DNA of 64,000 nucleotides from an uncultured Lachnospiraceae bacterium (lineage in GTDB: Bacteria; Bacillota; Clostridia; Lachnospirales; Lachnospiraceae): contig CADAOY010000007.1 of NCBI GenBank assembly GCA_902789665.1, positions 1,057-65,056 on the forward strand, written 5' to 3'. Within the stretch, counting starts at the first letter, position 1. Every line of letters begins with the position of its first letter. Positions 42,422 through 52,855 of this stretch are shown piece after piece. The position numbers were made by a program, and so were the translations under genes. The notes beneath the pieces were generated by a model. That model was not told the DNA's origin, did no database searches, and worked only from the letters and a program-made list of their open reading frames with translations.

Positions 42422-45073
42422 ATGAAACAATTTACATCAGATGAACTCAGAAAGACATGGAAAAAGTTCTATATCGAGAGAGGTCATGTTGACGTTGGAG
42501 CTGTATCTTTGGTATCAGATGGTTCCACAGGAGTACTTTTTAATGTTGCAGGTATGCAGCCTTTGATGCCTTACCTTCTTGGTGAGAAGCATCCAATGGG
42601 AACCAGACTTTGCAATGTGCAGGGTTGTGTTCGTACCAATGATATTGATTCAGTTGGTGACAAGAGCCACGTAACATTCTTTGAAATGATGGGCTCATGG
42701 AGTCTTGGAGATTATTTTAAGGAAGACAGATGTAAATGGAGTTATGAACTTTTAACTGAAGTATTCGGATTTGATGCTGATCATCTTGCAGCTACTGTTT
42801 TCGCAGGTGATGAGAATGCGCCGAGAGATGAAGAGGGTGCAGGATATCGTATCGCTTCAGGTTTTAAGAAGGAGAATATTTATTATCTTCCTGCAGAAGA
42901 TAACTGGTGGGGACTTGAATATGGTCCATGTGGTCCTGACTCTGAAATGTTCTATATTGCAGATGTTCCGGATTGTGGTCCTAATTGTGGCCCTGGCTGC
43001 AGCTGTGGTAAATACACCGAGCTTGGTAATGACGTATTCATGCAGTATGAGAAACTTAAAGATGGCTCTTTAATTCCTCTTAAGCAGAAGAATGTTGATA
43101 CTGGATGGGGTCTTGAGAGAAACCTTGCATTTTTAAACGGAACAAAGGATGTTTATAAGACAGACCTTTTTGCTCCTGTAATTGCAGCAATTGAGAAGGC
43201 TTCAAACAAGTCCTATGATGCAGATGATAATTATTCCAGGTCAATGAGAATCCTTGCTGACCACACAAGAACAAGCGTTATGCTTATTGGTGATGAAGCA
43301 AAGCTTCTTCCATCCAATGCAGGCGCAGGATATGTTCTTAGAAGACTTATCCGTCGTGCTGTTCGTCATGCAAGAATGCTTGAGCTTAAGAAAGAAGATA
43401 TTCTTTCACTTGCTACAATTTATATTGATGAAATCTACAAAGAGAGTTATCCAAATCTTTCCAAAAACAGAGCTTTTGTGCTTGATGAACTTAAGAAAGA
43501 AATCGAGAGATTTGAATCTACACTTGAAAATGGTATGAAGGAATATAAGAAGATCCTTGATACAGCCAAGGCTGCAGGTTCAAAGGAAATCTCCGGTAAA
43601 GATGCTTTCTATCTTTATGATACATTTGGATTCCCATTTGAGTTAACTGAAGAACTTGCAGGGGAAGAAGGAATCGGAGTTGACCAGGATGGCTTTAAGG
43701 CTTCAATGGAAGAGCAGAAGCAGAAAGCACGTGAAGGACAGAAGTTCGCTGCAAAACTTGATTCTGACCTTAATATTTTTGATGAACTTGGTGATGATGT
43801 TAAGACTGAATTCATAGGTTATGATTCATTAACAGGTGAAGATATTATTGCAGGTATTGGTTCTGGCGATAAACTTGTTGATAAATTGAACAAGGGCGAA
43901 GAAGGAACAATCGTGGTTAAAACCACACCTTTCTATGCTACCATGGGTGGTCAGAAGGGTGACCTTGGTATTATTAAAACAGCTGATGGTGTATTCGAAG
44001 TTACAGATACAATAAAACTCCCTCATGACAGAGTAGGTCATGTAGGTAAATGTATCGAAGGCTCAATCGCTAAGGGTGCTAAGGCAGAACTTGCTGTCGA
44101 TACTTTAATCAGATCATATACATGTAAGAACCATTCAGCTACACACCTTATGCAGAAAGCACTTCAGACTGTACTTGGCGATAATGTTCATCAGCAGGGT
44201 TCATACCAGGATAATGAGAGAACAAGATTTGACTTCTCTTATGGTCAGGCTATGACAAAAGAGGAAATTGCCAGGGTTGAAGATCTTGTAAATGAATGGA
44301 TTCAGGCAGACTACCCTGTAATTACAAAGGTTTGCAACATTGAAGAAGCTAAACAGCTTGGTGCGATGGCATTATTCGGAGAAAAATACGGCGAAAGCGT
44401 AAGAGTTGTTATGATGGGTGATTCCAAGGAGTTCTGTGGTGGTACTCATGTAGCACATACAGGCGAAATCAGACTCTTCAAGATTCTCTCTGAAAGCGGT
44501 GTTGCAGCTGGCGTTAGAAGAATAGAAGCAGTTACCGGCGACAATGCTGTTAACTACTATAAGGATATGGAAGCTAAGCTATTTGAAGCCGCAGCTGTAG
44601 TTAAGAGTAATCCGGACGCACTTGCAGCTAAACTTAATTCAATGATGGCTGAGATTAAAGCTCTTAATTCAGAAATCGAATCTCTTAAGTCAAAGGCAGC
44701 CAAAGAGTCCTTAGGCGATGTTATGGACAATGTAACAGAGGTTAAGGGTGTTAAACTCCTTGCAGCCAGGTTATCAGGCGTTGATATGAATGCCCTTAGA
44801 GACCTGGGTGATCAGCTTAAGACAAAGCTTGGTGAAGGTGTTATTGTACTTGTATCTGAAACAGATGGCAAGGTTAATATCATGACAATGGCTACTGATG
44901 ATGCAATTTCCAAAGGTGCTCATGCAGGCAACCTTATTAAGGCAATCGCTCCTAAGGTTGGAGGCGGCGGTGGTGGAAGACCTAATATGGCCCAGGCCGG
45001 CGGCAAGAATCCTGCAGGTATTGATGATGCAATTAATGAAGCCAGGGTTCAGCTTGAGGGTATGATTAAATAA
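42422..45073 (+). CDS. alaS: Alanine--tRNA ligase
   Basis: NVAGMQP, HVTFFEMMG, YGPCGPDSE, DTGWGLER, editing HSATH and CGGTH, C-terminal GGGGGGRP; start ATG 42422. Confidence 0.97.
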   Translation: MKQFTSDELRKTWKKFYIERGHVDVGAVSLVSDGSTGVLFNVAGMQPLMPYLLGEKHPMGTRLCNVQGCVRTNDIDSVGDKSHVTFFEMMGSWSLGDYFKEDRCKWSYELLTEVFGFDADHLAATVFAGDENAPRDEEGAGYRIASGFKKENIYYLPAEDNWWGLEYGPCGPDSEMFYIADVPDCGPNCGPGCSCGKYTELGNDVFMQYEKLKDGSLIPLKQKNVDTGWGLERNLAFLNGTKDVYKTDLFAPVIAAIEKASNKSYDADDNYSRSMRILADHTRTSVMLIGDEAKLLPSNAGAGYVLRRLIRRAVRHARMLELKKEDILSLATIYIDEIYKESYPNLSKNRAFVLDELKKEIERFESTLENGMKEYKKILDTAKAAGSKEISGKDAFYLYDTFGFPFELTEELAGEEGIGVDQDGFKASMEEQKQKAREGQKFAAKLDSDLNIFDELGDDVKTEFIGYDSLTGEDIIAGIGSGDKLVDKLNKGEEGTIVVKTTPFYATMGGQKGDLGIIKTADGVFEVTDTIKLPHDRVGHVGKCIEGSIAKGAKAELAVDTLIRSYTCKNHSATHLMQKALQTVLGDNVHQQGSYQDNERTRFDFSYGQAMTKEEIARVEDLVNEWIQADYPVITKVCNIEEAKQLGAMALFGEKYGESVRVVMMGDSKEFCGGTHVAHTGEIRLFKILSESGVAAGVRRIEAVTGDNAVNYYKDMEAKLFEAAAVVKSNPDALAAKLNSMMAEIKALNSEIESLKSKAAKESLGDVMDNVTEVKGVKLLAARLSGVDMNALRDLGDQLKTKLGEGVIVLVSETDGKVNIMTMATDDAISKGAHAGNLIKAIAPKVGGGGGGRPNMAQAGGKNPAGIDDAINEARVQLEGMIK

Positions 45074-45133
45074 TAAGAAAGCATTGTTATTAAATAAAGC
45101 TTATAAATACAATATTCTTAGGTTAAAAAGTTA

Positions 45134-45162
45134 TTGACGAGTTTGATTTATTCAGTTATAAT
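45134..45162 (+). promoter_or_regulatory. Sigma-A promoter of rpsU
   Basis: TTGACG-17 bp-TATAAT. Confidence 0.8.
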
Positions 45163-45230
45163 AGGGATTGTGCGAAAGAAAACCTTACAGTCGGGCACGA
45201 TTTTATGACTGAGAAGGAGGGTAGAAGAAG

Positions 45231-45407
45231 ATGTCAAAAGTTGAAGTAAAAGATAATGAAACTTTAGATAGCGCATTACGTCGTTTTAAGAGAAGTTGCG
45301 CAAAACAGGGTATCTTACAGGAAATCCGTAAGAGAGAACATTACGAGAAGCCTAGCGTTAAGCGTAAGAAAAAGAGCGAAGCTGCTAGAAAGCGTAAATA
45401 TAATTAA
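45231..45407 (+). CDS. rpsU: 30S ribosomal protein S21 (58 aa; absent from the ORF track)
   Basis: Translated by hand: [58 protein letters not shown]; AAGGAGG RBS. Confidence 0.97.
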   Translation: MSKVEVKDNETLDSALRRFKRSCAKQGILQEIRKREHYEKPSVKRKKKSEAARKRKYN

Positions 45408-45417
45408 TAAGTAAGAT

Positions 45418-45448
45418 AAAGCCACATTTTGATAATGTGGCTTTTTTG
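45418..45448 (+). terminator. Intrinsic terminator of rpsU
   Basis: AAAGCCACATT...AATGTGGCTTT-TTT. Confidence 0.85.
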
Positions 45449-45465
45449 TTCAAAAACAGTAAAGA

Positions 45466-46344
45466 GTGAGGGATAAATTGTATTTTAGGGAACATCCGGT
45501 GCTATATATAGTGATTGCTTTTGCTTTGCTATGTGTGGTTTTACTCGTTATAAACATAATAGATTTAAACAGATTTATAGTCAGAAAATATGTTATTAAG
45601 ACAGCGAAGGTTGGGAAGGAAAAAAGAATAGTATTTCTTACGGATCTTCATCTTAAGAGTTATGGAGTAAATAACTCAAAACTTATTAAGGCTATAGATA
45701 AACTTAAGCCTGATTATCTGCTGTGCGGCGGCGACATGATAGTGGCGACTCCCGGAGTTGATAATAAGGCGGCTTTTGATTTGTTTAGGGAGCTGTCAAA
45801 GAAGTATAAGATTTATTATGCTTTGGGAAATCACGAATTCAGGGCTAAAATCTATCCTCAGAAATATGGGGAGATGTATCAGGAATTTGACAGCATTTGT
45901 AAGGAATGTGATATCAGGATTCTAAGTAATGAGAAACTTGAACTTGAGGATAATATAACTCTCTACGGCCTTGAGATAGCGCCTGATTATTATAAAAGAT
46001 TCAGGGTTTATCCAATGGAAGACAGTTATATTGAATCAGTCCTTGGAGCAGTTGATAAGGAGAAGTTTAATATTTTACTTGCCCATAATCCTGATTACAG
46101 CGATAAATACGGCATATGGGGCTGCGATGTATCGCTTTCAGGCCATGTGCATGGCGGACTTATAAGACTGCCGTTTGTAGGCGGAATAGCATCTCCAAAT
46201 GTAAGATTCTTCCCTAAATATAACGGTGGAATCTATACTGTTGGAAATACCAAAGCGGTGGTTAGCTGTGGGCTTGGAACACATACGCTGCCACTCAGGC
46301 TTTTTGACCCGGCTGAACTTACTTTACTTGTGTTAAAAGCCTAA
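45466..46344 (+). CDS. Membrane-anchored calcineurin-like metallophosphoesterase
   Basis: TDLH, GGDM, GNHE, AHNP, GHVHGG; GTG start. Confidence 0.9.
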   Translation: MRDKLYFREHPVLYIVIAFALLCVVLLVINIIDLNRFIVRKYVIKTAKVGKEKRIVFLTDLHLKSYGVNNSKLIKAIDKLKPDYLLCGGDMIVATPGVDNKAAFDLFRELSKKYKIYYALGNHEFRAKIYPQKYGEMYQEFDSICKECDIRILSNEKLELEDNITLYGLEIAPDYYKRFRVYPMEDSYIESVLGAVDKEKFNILLAHNPDYSDKYGIWGCDVSLSGHVHGGLIRLPFVGGIASPNVRFFPKYNGGIYTVGNTKAVVSCGLGTHTLPLRLFDPAELTLLVLKA

Positions 46345-46356
46345 AAATGGTATAAT
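46328..46356 (+). promoter_or_regulatory. Sigma-A promoter upstream of scpA
   Basis: TTGTGT-17 bp-TATAAT with TG extension. Confidence 0.6.
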
Positions 46357-46406
46357 TAAATTTACCCTGCGTTAGAGTAGGAGTTGTTTATATAGGTGAT
46401 TTTTAA

Positions 46407-47183
46407 ATGGCATTAGAGGTTAAGTTAGAAGCATTTGAAGGACCACTTGATCTGCTTTTACATCTTATAGAAAAGAATAAAGTTGATATATATGATATTC
46501 CAATTGCTGAGATAACAAGACAGTATATGGAATATATTAAGGCCATAGAAACCGAGGATATGAACGTGATGAGTGAATTCCTGGTTATGGCTGCCACACT
46601 TCTTGATATTAAATGTAAGATGCTGCTTCCGGCTGAGGTTAATGAAGAGGGGGAAGAGGAAGACCCGAGAGCCGAGCTGGTTGAAAAACTTATTGAATAT
46701 AAGATGTGTAAATATATGTCCATGGAACTTAAGGATATGAGATTCGATGCTGACAAGCATATGTATAAGAATCCGACAATTCCTAAGGAAGTCCTGGAAT
46801 ACAAGGCTCCTGTTGATTATGATGAACTGCTGGCTGATGCCAATCTTGAGGCTCTGAGCAGGATTTTTGAAGAGGTATTAAAAAGAGCCGAGGACAAAAT
46901 CGACCCAATCAGAAGCAAGTTTGGCGAGATTAAGAAAGAGAATGTTGATCTTGAGAAGAAACAGGAAGTTGTTTTTGGATATTTAAGAAGTCATAAGCAT
47001 TGTTCATTCAGAAATCTGTTGTCAGAACAACGAAGCAAAATGGACACGATTGTCACGTTCCTGATTTTGCTGGAACTTATCAAAATCAGCGCCGTTGTTG
47101 TTAAACAGGAATCTGAAAAAGATGATATCGATATTGAATGTGTAAATATTGATGATAATCTGGGAATGCTTTTGGAAAGTTGA
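46407..47183 (+). CDS. scpA: Segregation and condensation protein A
   Basis: FEGPLDLLLHLI, EFLVMAATLL.IK..MLLP, VTFLILLELIK. Confidence 0.95.
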   Translation: MALEVKLEAFEGPLDLLLHLIEKNKVDIYDIPIAEITRQYMEYIKAIETEDMNVMSEFLVMAATLLDIKCKMLLPAEVNEEGEEEDPRAELVEKLIEYKMCKYMSMELKDMRFDADKHMYKNPTIPKEVLEYKAPVDYDELLADANLEALSRIFEEVLKRAEDKIDPIRSKFGEIKKENVDLEKKQEVVFGYLRSHKHCSFRNLLSEQRSKMDTIVTFLILLELIKISAVVVKQESEKDDIDIECVNIDDNLGMLLES

Positions 47184-47194
47184 GGTAATATAGT

Positions 47195-47770
47195 TTGGAT
47201 AAAAAGGAAGCTTACGGTACAATTGAAGCCATACTTTTTGCAGTTGGAAACTCTGTGGAAATTGAAACAATTGCCACAGCTTTAGATGCATCTAAAGAAG
47301 AAGTTTTGGAATATATAGATGATATGCAGACTGAATATGCGAAGAAGAACAGAGGTATTCAGATAGTCAGACTTGAGAACAGTGTACAGCTCAGAACCAA
47401 GGATGATTATTATGATGCCCTTATTAAGGTGACCAACGTTCCGAAGAAGCAGACTCTGTCTGATTCAGCATATGAAGTATTGTCTATTGTGGCTTATAAA
47501 CAACCTGTTACAAGAATGGATGTTGAGAAAGTCAGGGGGGTTAACTCAGATCACATCATTAACAGACTGGTAGAATTGTCACTTATTGAAGAAAAGGGAA
47601 GACTTAATGCTCCGGGTAAACCAATAGTATTCGGAACAACAGAGCAGTTCCTTCGTTCATTTGGGGTGGCATCCTTGGAAGAATTACCGGAAATGAGTAA
47701 TGATATGATTGAAGAATTCAAGGTAGAAGCAGAAAAGGAAGTTGAAGTTAACCTGAAGATGGACGTGTAA
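47195..47770 (+). CDS. scpB: Segregation and condensation protein B
   Basis: IEAILFA, LSIVAYKQPVTR.DVE.VRGV, GKP..FGTT.QFL..FG; TTG start. Confidence 0.95.
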   Translation: MDKKEAYGTIEAILFAVGNSVEIETIATALDASKEEVLEYIDDMQTEYAKKNRGIQIVRLENSVQLRTKDDYYDALIKVTNVPKKQTLSDSAYEVLSIVAYKQPVTRMDVEKVRGVNSDHIINRLVELSLIEEKGRLNAPGKPIVFGTTEQFLRSFGVASLEELPEMSNDMIEEFKVEAEKEVEVNLKMDV

Positions 47771-47773
47771 GTT

Positions 47774-48733
47774 ATGGAAGAAAGTAAAGAAAAAGAAGTT
47801 ATTAAAGAAGTAAAATCAGACGACGCATCAAAAAGAAGAAAGAGAGTAAATGCAATAAAGAGAATCATAATTATTATGATTATCCTGGGGATTATTTTTC
47901 CAAATCTGATGTGCATGTATCTCTTTATCAAGATTGAGAGAATTAATTCAAGACTTGATGCAATTGATGTGGCTATTTCGGAAATCAATGATAAGTTTGT
48001 GGTTGAAGAAGTACAGACAGAAGAACCTGTTTATTATTCTCCTGAAAAACTCGAAGAACTGGTTATTCCTGTTGACAATGAAAATATTGTATCAGACAGT
48101 GAAATTTATGAAGGCAGAAAAAGAGTTTATTTAACTTTTGATGACGGCCCAAGCAAGTATACGGATGAGATACTTGATATTCTTAATGAATATAATATTA
48201 AGGCTACATTCTTTGTACTTGCCAAAGATGGATATGATGACCAGTATAACAGAATCGTAAGAGAGGGTAATACTCTTGCAATTCACTCATATTCACATGT
48301 TTATAATACAATTTATGCATCTGAAGATTCGTTCCGTGAGGACGTTACCGCAGTTGCTGATTATGTATATAATGTAACCGGACTTAAAGTGAAATTCTAC
48401 AGATTCCCGGGTGGTTCATCCAACAGGGTATCAAGCGTTCCAACCAGCAGTTTTATCGATATACTTAATGAGAATAATCTGGTATATTATGATTGGAATG
48501 TGGCATCAGGTGATGCAGTATCAAATCCTTTAAGTGCCAGCCAGATTTATAATAATGTTATTAACGGATGTGCAGGCAGAGATGACTGTGTTGTACTTAT
48601 GCATGATGCAGTAGGTAAACATTCAACAGTTGAAGCACTTCCTTCAATTATAGAGAAACTTCAGAGTGATGGAGCAGTATTCCTGCCTATTACTGAAGGA
48701 ACTAATCAGGTTACTCATAAGATTAATGATTGA
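47774..48733 (+). CDS. Membrane-anchored polysaccharide/peptidoglycan deacetylase (CE4)
   Basis: N-terminal TM and coiled coil; LTFDDGP, HSYSH, RFPGG, LMHD. Confidence 0.9.
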   Translation: MEESKEKEVIKEVKSDDASKRRKRVNAIKRIIIIMIILGIIFPNLMCMYLFIKIERINSRLDAIDVAISEINDKFVVEEVQTEEPVYYSPEKLEELVIPVDNENIVSDSEIYEGRKRVYLTFDDGPSKYTDEILDILNEYNIKATFFVLAKDGYDDQYNRIVREGNTLAIHSYSHVYNTIYASEDSFREDVTAVADYVYNVTGLKVKFYRFPGGSSNRVSSVPTSSFIDILNENNLVYYDWNVASGDAVSNPLSASQIYNNVINGCAGRDDCVVLMHDAVGKHSTVEALPSIIEKLQSDGAVFLPITEGTNQVTHKIND

Positions 48734-48749
48734 CCTAAAGGAGTAAAAG

Positions 48750-49931
48750 ATGGGATTTTTTAGCAATTTAAGAGAGGATATCGCTCAGGCAGTTAACGAA
48801 CTTACTGAGGAGAATGCTGATAAGGAGATTAATGAGGCAAAAGAGCAGATAAGAATGGATCTTGAAGCCATGGAGGAGAAGGATTACTTCCAGATGCATG
48901 CTGAAAGTGTATCGGGTTATCAGGCTGAAGAGACAAACATTAATGGTATCAATGTTGCCATAACTCCGGAGACTGCAGTATCTACTGATAATACGGAAGA
49001 AGAAACAGAGATTCCTGAAGAAGAGCGCAAAATCGAAATTATTCCAAGAGATGTGGAAAATATCGAAGAGATAATGGATGAGCCTTTAGATAATGCCGGA
49101 GAACCTGCTCAGGCTGAAATGCAGAATACGGATGATATCCAAAACACAGATATGCAGGATGCAGCATATGCCGAAGATTCTTCACCTTCAGAAAACACAA
49201 ATGAAGAATTCGTGGTTGAAACCACAAATGATACAGAAAATGCTAAAGAAGAAACTGATGATTCATTAGATGAACTTCTTGAATTTATCGATAATAACAG
49301 TATTGATGACTTACTTGTTCTTGATGGCGCAGATGAAAATGAGATGGAAGAAGTCAAGAATGAGTATGGTGAAATTAATACTGCAGATGAAGAAAGAATA
49401 AATGCAAGGATAGAAGAAACAATAGCCGAAGAGCAAAGAAGAGAAGAAGAAAAGAAGCAGGCTATTATGGAGTCGATGGCTTTAGAGAGAAAGAAATCCA
49501 AAGCCAGGCCATATACAGAGATTAAGAGTTCCAAAGAAAAGACAAAGGTTAAAGAGACTATGGATATAAGTCCTGAACATACAGTAATTACAACAGGTAC
49601 AACCATTACAGGTGATATTAATTCAAACGGTGATGTGGAAGTTTACGGTGGTAAGGTTGTAGGTAAGATTGAATCCGAATGCAGGGTTATCGTAGGCGAT
49701 AAGTCTGTTGTAATGGGTGATATCATTTCAAAGGGCGCCATTATTTCAGGCGCAGTTAAAGGCGATATTGATGTACACGGCACAGTTGTTCTTGAATCAA
49801 CTGCCGTAGTATATGGTAATATTAAATCAGAATGTCTTGAGATTAACAGTGGCGCAGTAACTGAAGGCCTTTGCTCACAGTGCTATGCCAAGAATAATCC
49901 TAAAGATTTCTTTGATAAAATTTCCGAGTAG
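48750..49931 (+). CDS. Bactofilin (polymer-forming cytoskeletal protein) with long acidic N-terminal region
   Basis: C-terminal beta-helix repeats VITTGTTITGDI..GDI..GAVKGDI..TAVVYGNI..LEINSGAVTEG. Confidence 0.85.
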   Translation: MGFFSNLREDIAQAVNELTEENADKEINEAKEQIRMDLEAMEEKDYFQMHAESVSGYQAEETNINGINVAITPETAVSTDNTEEETEIPEEERKIEIIPRDVENIEEIMDEPLDNAGEPAQAEMQNTDDIQNTDMQDAAYAEDSSPSENTNEEFVVETTNDTENAKEETDDSLDELLEFIDNNSIDDLLVLDGADENEMEEVKNEYGEINTADEERINARIEETIAEEQRREEEKKQAIMESMALERKKSKARPYTEIKSSKEKTKVKETMDISPEHTVITTGTTITGDINSNGDVEVYGGKVVGKIESECRVIVGDKSVVMGDIISKGAIISGAVKGDIDVHGTVVLESTAVVYGNIKSECLEINSGAVTEGLCSQCYAKNNPKDFFDKISE

Positions 49932-49943
49932 GGGGTATTTACA

Positions 49944-50642
49944 TTGAAAAGAATTATGCTTAAATTAAGCGGCGAAGCCTTAGCCGGAGAGAAGAAGACA
50001 GGTTTCGACGAAGCAACATGTCTCATGGTTGCAAAGCAGGTTAAACAGCTTGTTGATGACGGTTATGAAATCGGCGTGGTAATCGGAGGCGGTAACTTCT
50101 GGAGAGGCAGAAGTTCAGAAAATATAGACAGAACCAAGGCAGATCAGATTGGTATGCTTGCAACTATTATGAACTGTATTTATGTTTCCGAGATATTCCG
50201 TTCAGTTGGCATGGATACAAATATTCTGACACCTTTCGAGTGCGGGACTTTTACCAAATTGTTCTCTAAGGACAGAGCAAATAAGTACTTTAAGAGAGGC
50301 AACGTGGTATTCTTTGCAGGCGGAACAGGTCATCCGTACTTCAGTACAGATACAGGTGTAATGCTTAGAGCAATTGAGGTTGAAGCAGACGTAATCTTAC
50401 TTGCCAAGGCAATCGACGGCGTATATGATGACGACCCGAAGAAGAATCCGAATGCAAAGAAGTATGATGAGGTGACAATTGATGAGGTTATCGCAAAGAA
50501 CCTTCAGGTTGTGGACATGACAGCATCAATCCTGGCAAGAGACAACCATATGCCAATGTGGGTATTTAGTCTTAATGAAGAAAATTCAATTGTTAATACA
50601 GTAAAAGGCAATTTTAACGGAACAAAAGTTATTACAAAATAG
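49944..50642 (+). CDS. pyrH: UMP kinase
   Basis: KLSGEAL, GGGNFWRG, GTGHPYFSTDT; TTG start. Confidence 0.97.
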   Translation: MKRIMLKLSGEALAGEKKTGFDEATCLMVAKQVKQLVDDGYEIGVVIGGGNFWRGRSSENIDRTKADQIGMLATIMNCIYVSEIFRSVGMDTNILTPFECGTFTKLFSKDRANKYFKRGNVVFFAGGTGHPYFSTDTGVMLRAIEVEADVILLAKAIDGVYDDDPKKNPNAKKYDEVTIDEVIAKNLQVVDMTASILARDNHMPMWVFSLNEENSIVNTVKGNFNGTKVITK

Positions 50643-50652
50643 GGGGTTATTT

Positions 50653-51204
50653 ATGAAAGAACAAGTTAAAGTTTATGATGAGAAAATGAAGAAGGCAGTG
50701 GATTTCCTTGCATCAGATTATCAGGCAATCAGAGCAGGAAGAGCCAATCCGCATATTTTGGACAAAATCACCGTCGATTACTACGGACAGCCAACACCAC
50801 TTCAGCAGGTTGGTAATATCACAGTTCCAGAAGCAAGAATTCTTCAGATTGCACCATGGGAGAAGAGCCTTATTAAGAATATCGAGAAGGCACTCCTTGC
50901 ATCAGATGTAGGAATTACTCCTTCAAATGATGGACAGGTTGTAAGACTTGTTTTCCCTGAACTTACAGAGGAAAGAAGAAAAGACCTTGTTAAGGAAGTT
51001 AAGAAAAAAGGCGAGGATGCCAAGGTTGCAGTTCGTAATATCAGAAGAGACGGCAACGATGCATTCAAGAAACTTGCTAAAACTGAGATTTCTGAAGACG
51101 AAATCAAAGGTCTTGAAGATGAACTTCAGAAGATTACAGATAAATATATCAAAGATATTTCTGATATGATTGACGCTAAGTCCAAAGAAATTATGACAGT
51201 ATAA
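50653..51204 (+). CDS. frr: Ribosome recycling factor
   Basis: IRAGRANP, DYYGQPTPL, PELTEERRK, RNIRRD. Confidence 0.97.
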   Translation: MKEQVKVYDEKMKKAVDFLASDYQAIRAGRANPHILDKITVDYYGQPTPLQQVGNITVPEARILQIAPWEKSLIKNIEKALLASDVGITPSNDGQVVRLVFPELTEERRKDLVKEVKKKGEDAKVAVRNIRRDGNDAFKKLAKTEISEDEIKGLEDELQKITDKYIKDISDMIDAKSKEIMTV

Positions 51205-51214
51205 GAGGTTAAGT

Positions 51215-51916
51215 ATGAGTGTACCTAATCATGTTGCGGTAATTATGGATGGAAATGGCAGATGGGCCAAGTCCAAGGGACTTCCTCGTAAAATGGGCCA
51301 CGTTCAGGGCGGTAAGAATGTAGAAGATATGTTATATATTGCCGATGAACTTGGAATTAAGTATTTTACGGTATATGCTTTTTCCACTGAAAACTGGAAA
51401 AGATCTGAAGATGAAGTTTCGGCATTAATGACACTTCTTCGTTCATATCTTTCTTCAGGTTTTAAGAAGGCAGCAAAGAATAATGTTCGTATCCGTATTA
51501 TCGGAGACAGAACAGGGCTTGCCAAGGATATTCAGGAATTAATTAATGATCTGGAAGAAAGCAGTAAGGACAATACAGGCCTTCAGTTCCAGATTGCCAT
51601 TAATTACGGTTCAAGAGACGAGATAGTTCGTATGATGCGTTCCATGGCTCTTGAAATAGAAGCAGGTAATCTTTCATCAGATGATATAACTGAGGAATAT
51701 GTTTCAAAGCATCTTGATACAGGAGATATTCCTGATCCTGACCTTTTAATCAGAACTTCAGGAGAGCAGAGATTATCCAATTTTCTTTTATGGCAGCTTG
51801 CATATACTGAATTCTATTTTACAGACAAACACTGGCCTGAATTTGATAAAGAAGAACTTATCAAAGCTATTGAAAGTTATTCTAAAAGAGACAGAAGATT
51901 CGGGGATGCAAAATAG
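51215..51916 (+). CDS. uppS: Undecaprenyl diphosphate synthase
   Basis: HVAVIMDGNGRWA, AFSTENWKR, RTSGEQRLSNFLLWQ. Confidence 0.97.
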   Translation: MSVPNHVAVIMDGNGRWAKSKGLPRKMGHVQGGKNVEDMLYIADELGIKYFTVYAFSTENWKRSEDEVSALMTLLRSYLSSGFKKAAKNNVRIRIIGDRTGLAKDIQELINDLEESSKDNTGLQFQIAINYGSRDEIVRMMRSMALEIEAGNLSSDDITEEYVSKHLDTGDIPDPDLLIRTSGEQRLSNFLLWQLAYTEFYFTDKHWPEFDKEELIKAIESYSKRDRRFGDAK

Positions 51917-51924
51917 GTTAAGAT

Positions 51925-52851
51925 ATGGCAGATGAAAGAAGTAAAAATACAATAAAGAAAAGAGTCATAAGCGGTCTTATTATATTTGCTTTAATCATAG
52001 TTTTCGGACTTGTTGGAAGCATTTATCTTGGGGTCGTTTTATGCGTTTTATCCTGTGTTGGATATGTGGAATTTACCAAGGCCACAAGCGTAAGGGAGAA
52101 AAAGGACAAAACCTGTTTTCTGGAAATTACCGGTGTGGTAACCATAGTCCTTTATTATGTGGCAATAATGATCAAGGACAGTATTTTGCCATGGAGCGAA
52201 ACTGTTACAAAGTGGGCGGGAGAGACAGTCGGAGCTTTCAATAATTATACGACCGTGATTCTTTTTATAATTATCGTTGGCTTTCTGTTTATGCTTTTTG
52301 CCTATATCGGCAAGTTCCCAAGATATACCTATAATCAGGTAAGTGACGCATTCTTTGGAATTATATATGTAGGCGTAATGCTTTCATTTATCTATTTCCT
52401 TCGTCAGCTTCCGGGCGGACATGGAATGTTTATGTATGCCCTTATATTCATATGCTCAAATGGCTGTGATGTTATGGCATATCTTTTTGGAATGCTTTTT
52501 GGAAAACACAAATTATCACCAATTTTAAGCCCTAAGAAATCTATTGAAGGTGCAGTCGGAGGAACACTTAGTGCTTCAGCCGCAGGCGTTGTAACAGGCG
52601 TTATCTACTGTATGGTTTATGATAAATCCTGGTATTATGCCCTTATGTTTGGTGTGATCTGCTTTGCAGGAGCGATTGTTTCCCAGTGCGGAGACCTTAC
52701 AGCTTCTGCCATCAAGAGAAACAGCGAGATTAAGGATTACGGCAATTCAATTCCGGGACACGGCGGGGTTCTGGACAGATTCGACTCGGTGATTTTTGTA
52801 GCTCCTGTTATTTATTCTCTTGCAATAATATTACTTCGTATAAAAGGATAG
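51925..52851 (+). CDS. cdsA: Phosphatidate cytidylyltransferase
   Basis: SPKKSIEG, GDLTASAIKR, KDYGNSIPGHGGVLDRFDS. Confidence 0.95.
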   Translation: MADERSKNTIKKRVISGLIIFALIIVFGLVGSIYLGVVLCVLSCVGYVEFTKATSVREKKDKTCFLEITGVVTIVLYYVAIMIKDSILPWSETVTKWAGETVGAFNNYTTVILFIIIVGFLFMLFAYIGKFPRYTYNQVSDAFFGIIYVGVMLSFIYFLRQLPGGHGMFMYALIFICSNGCDVMAYLFGMLFGKHKLSPILSPKKSIEGAVGGTLSASAAGVVTGVIYCMVYDKSWYYALMFGVICFAGAIVSQCGDLTASAIKRNSEIKDYGNSIPGHGGVLDRFDSVIFVAPVIYSLAIILLRIKG

Positions 52852-52855
52852 AAAA

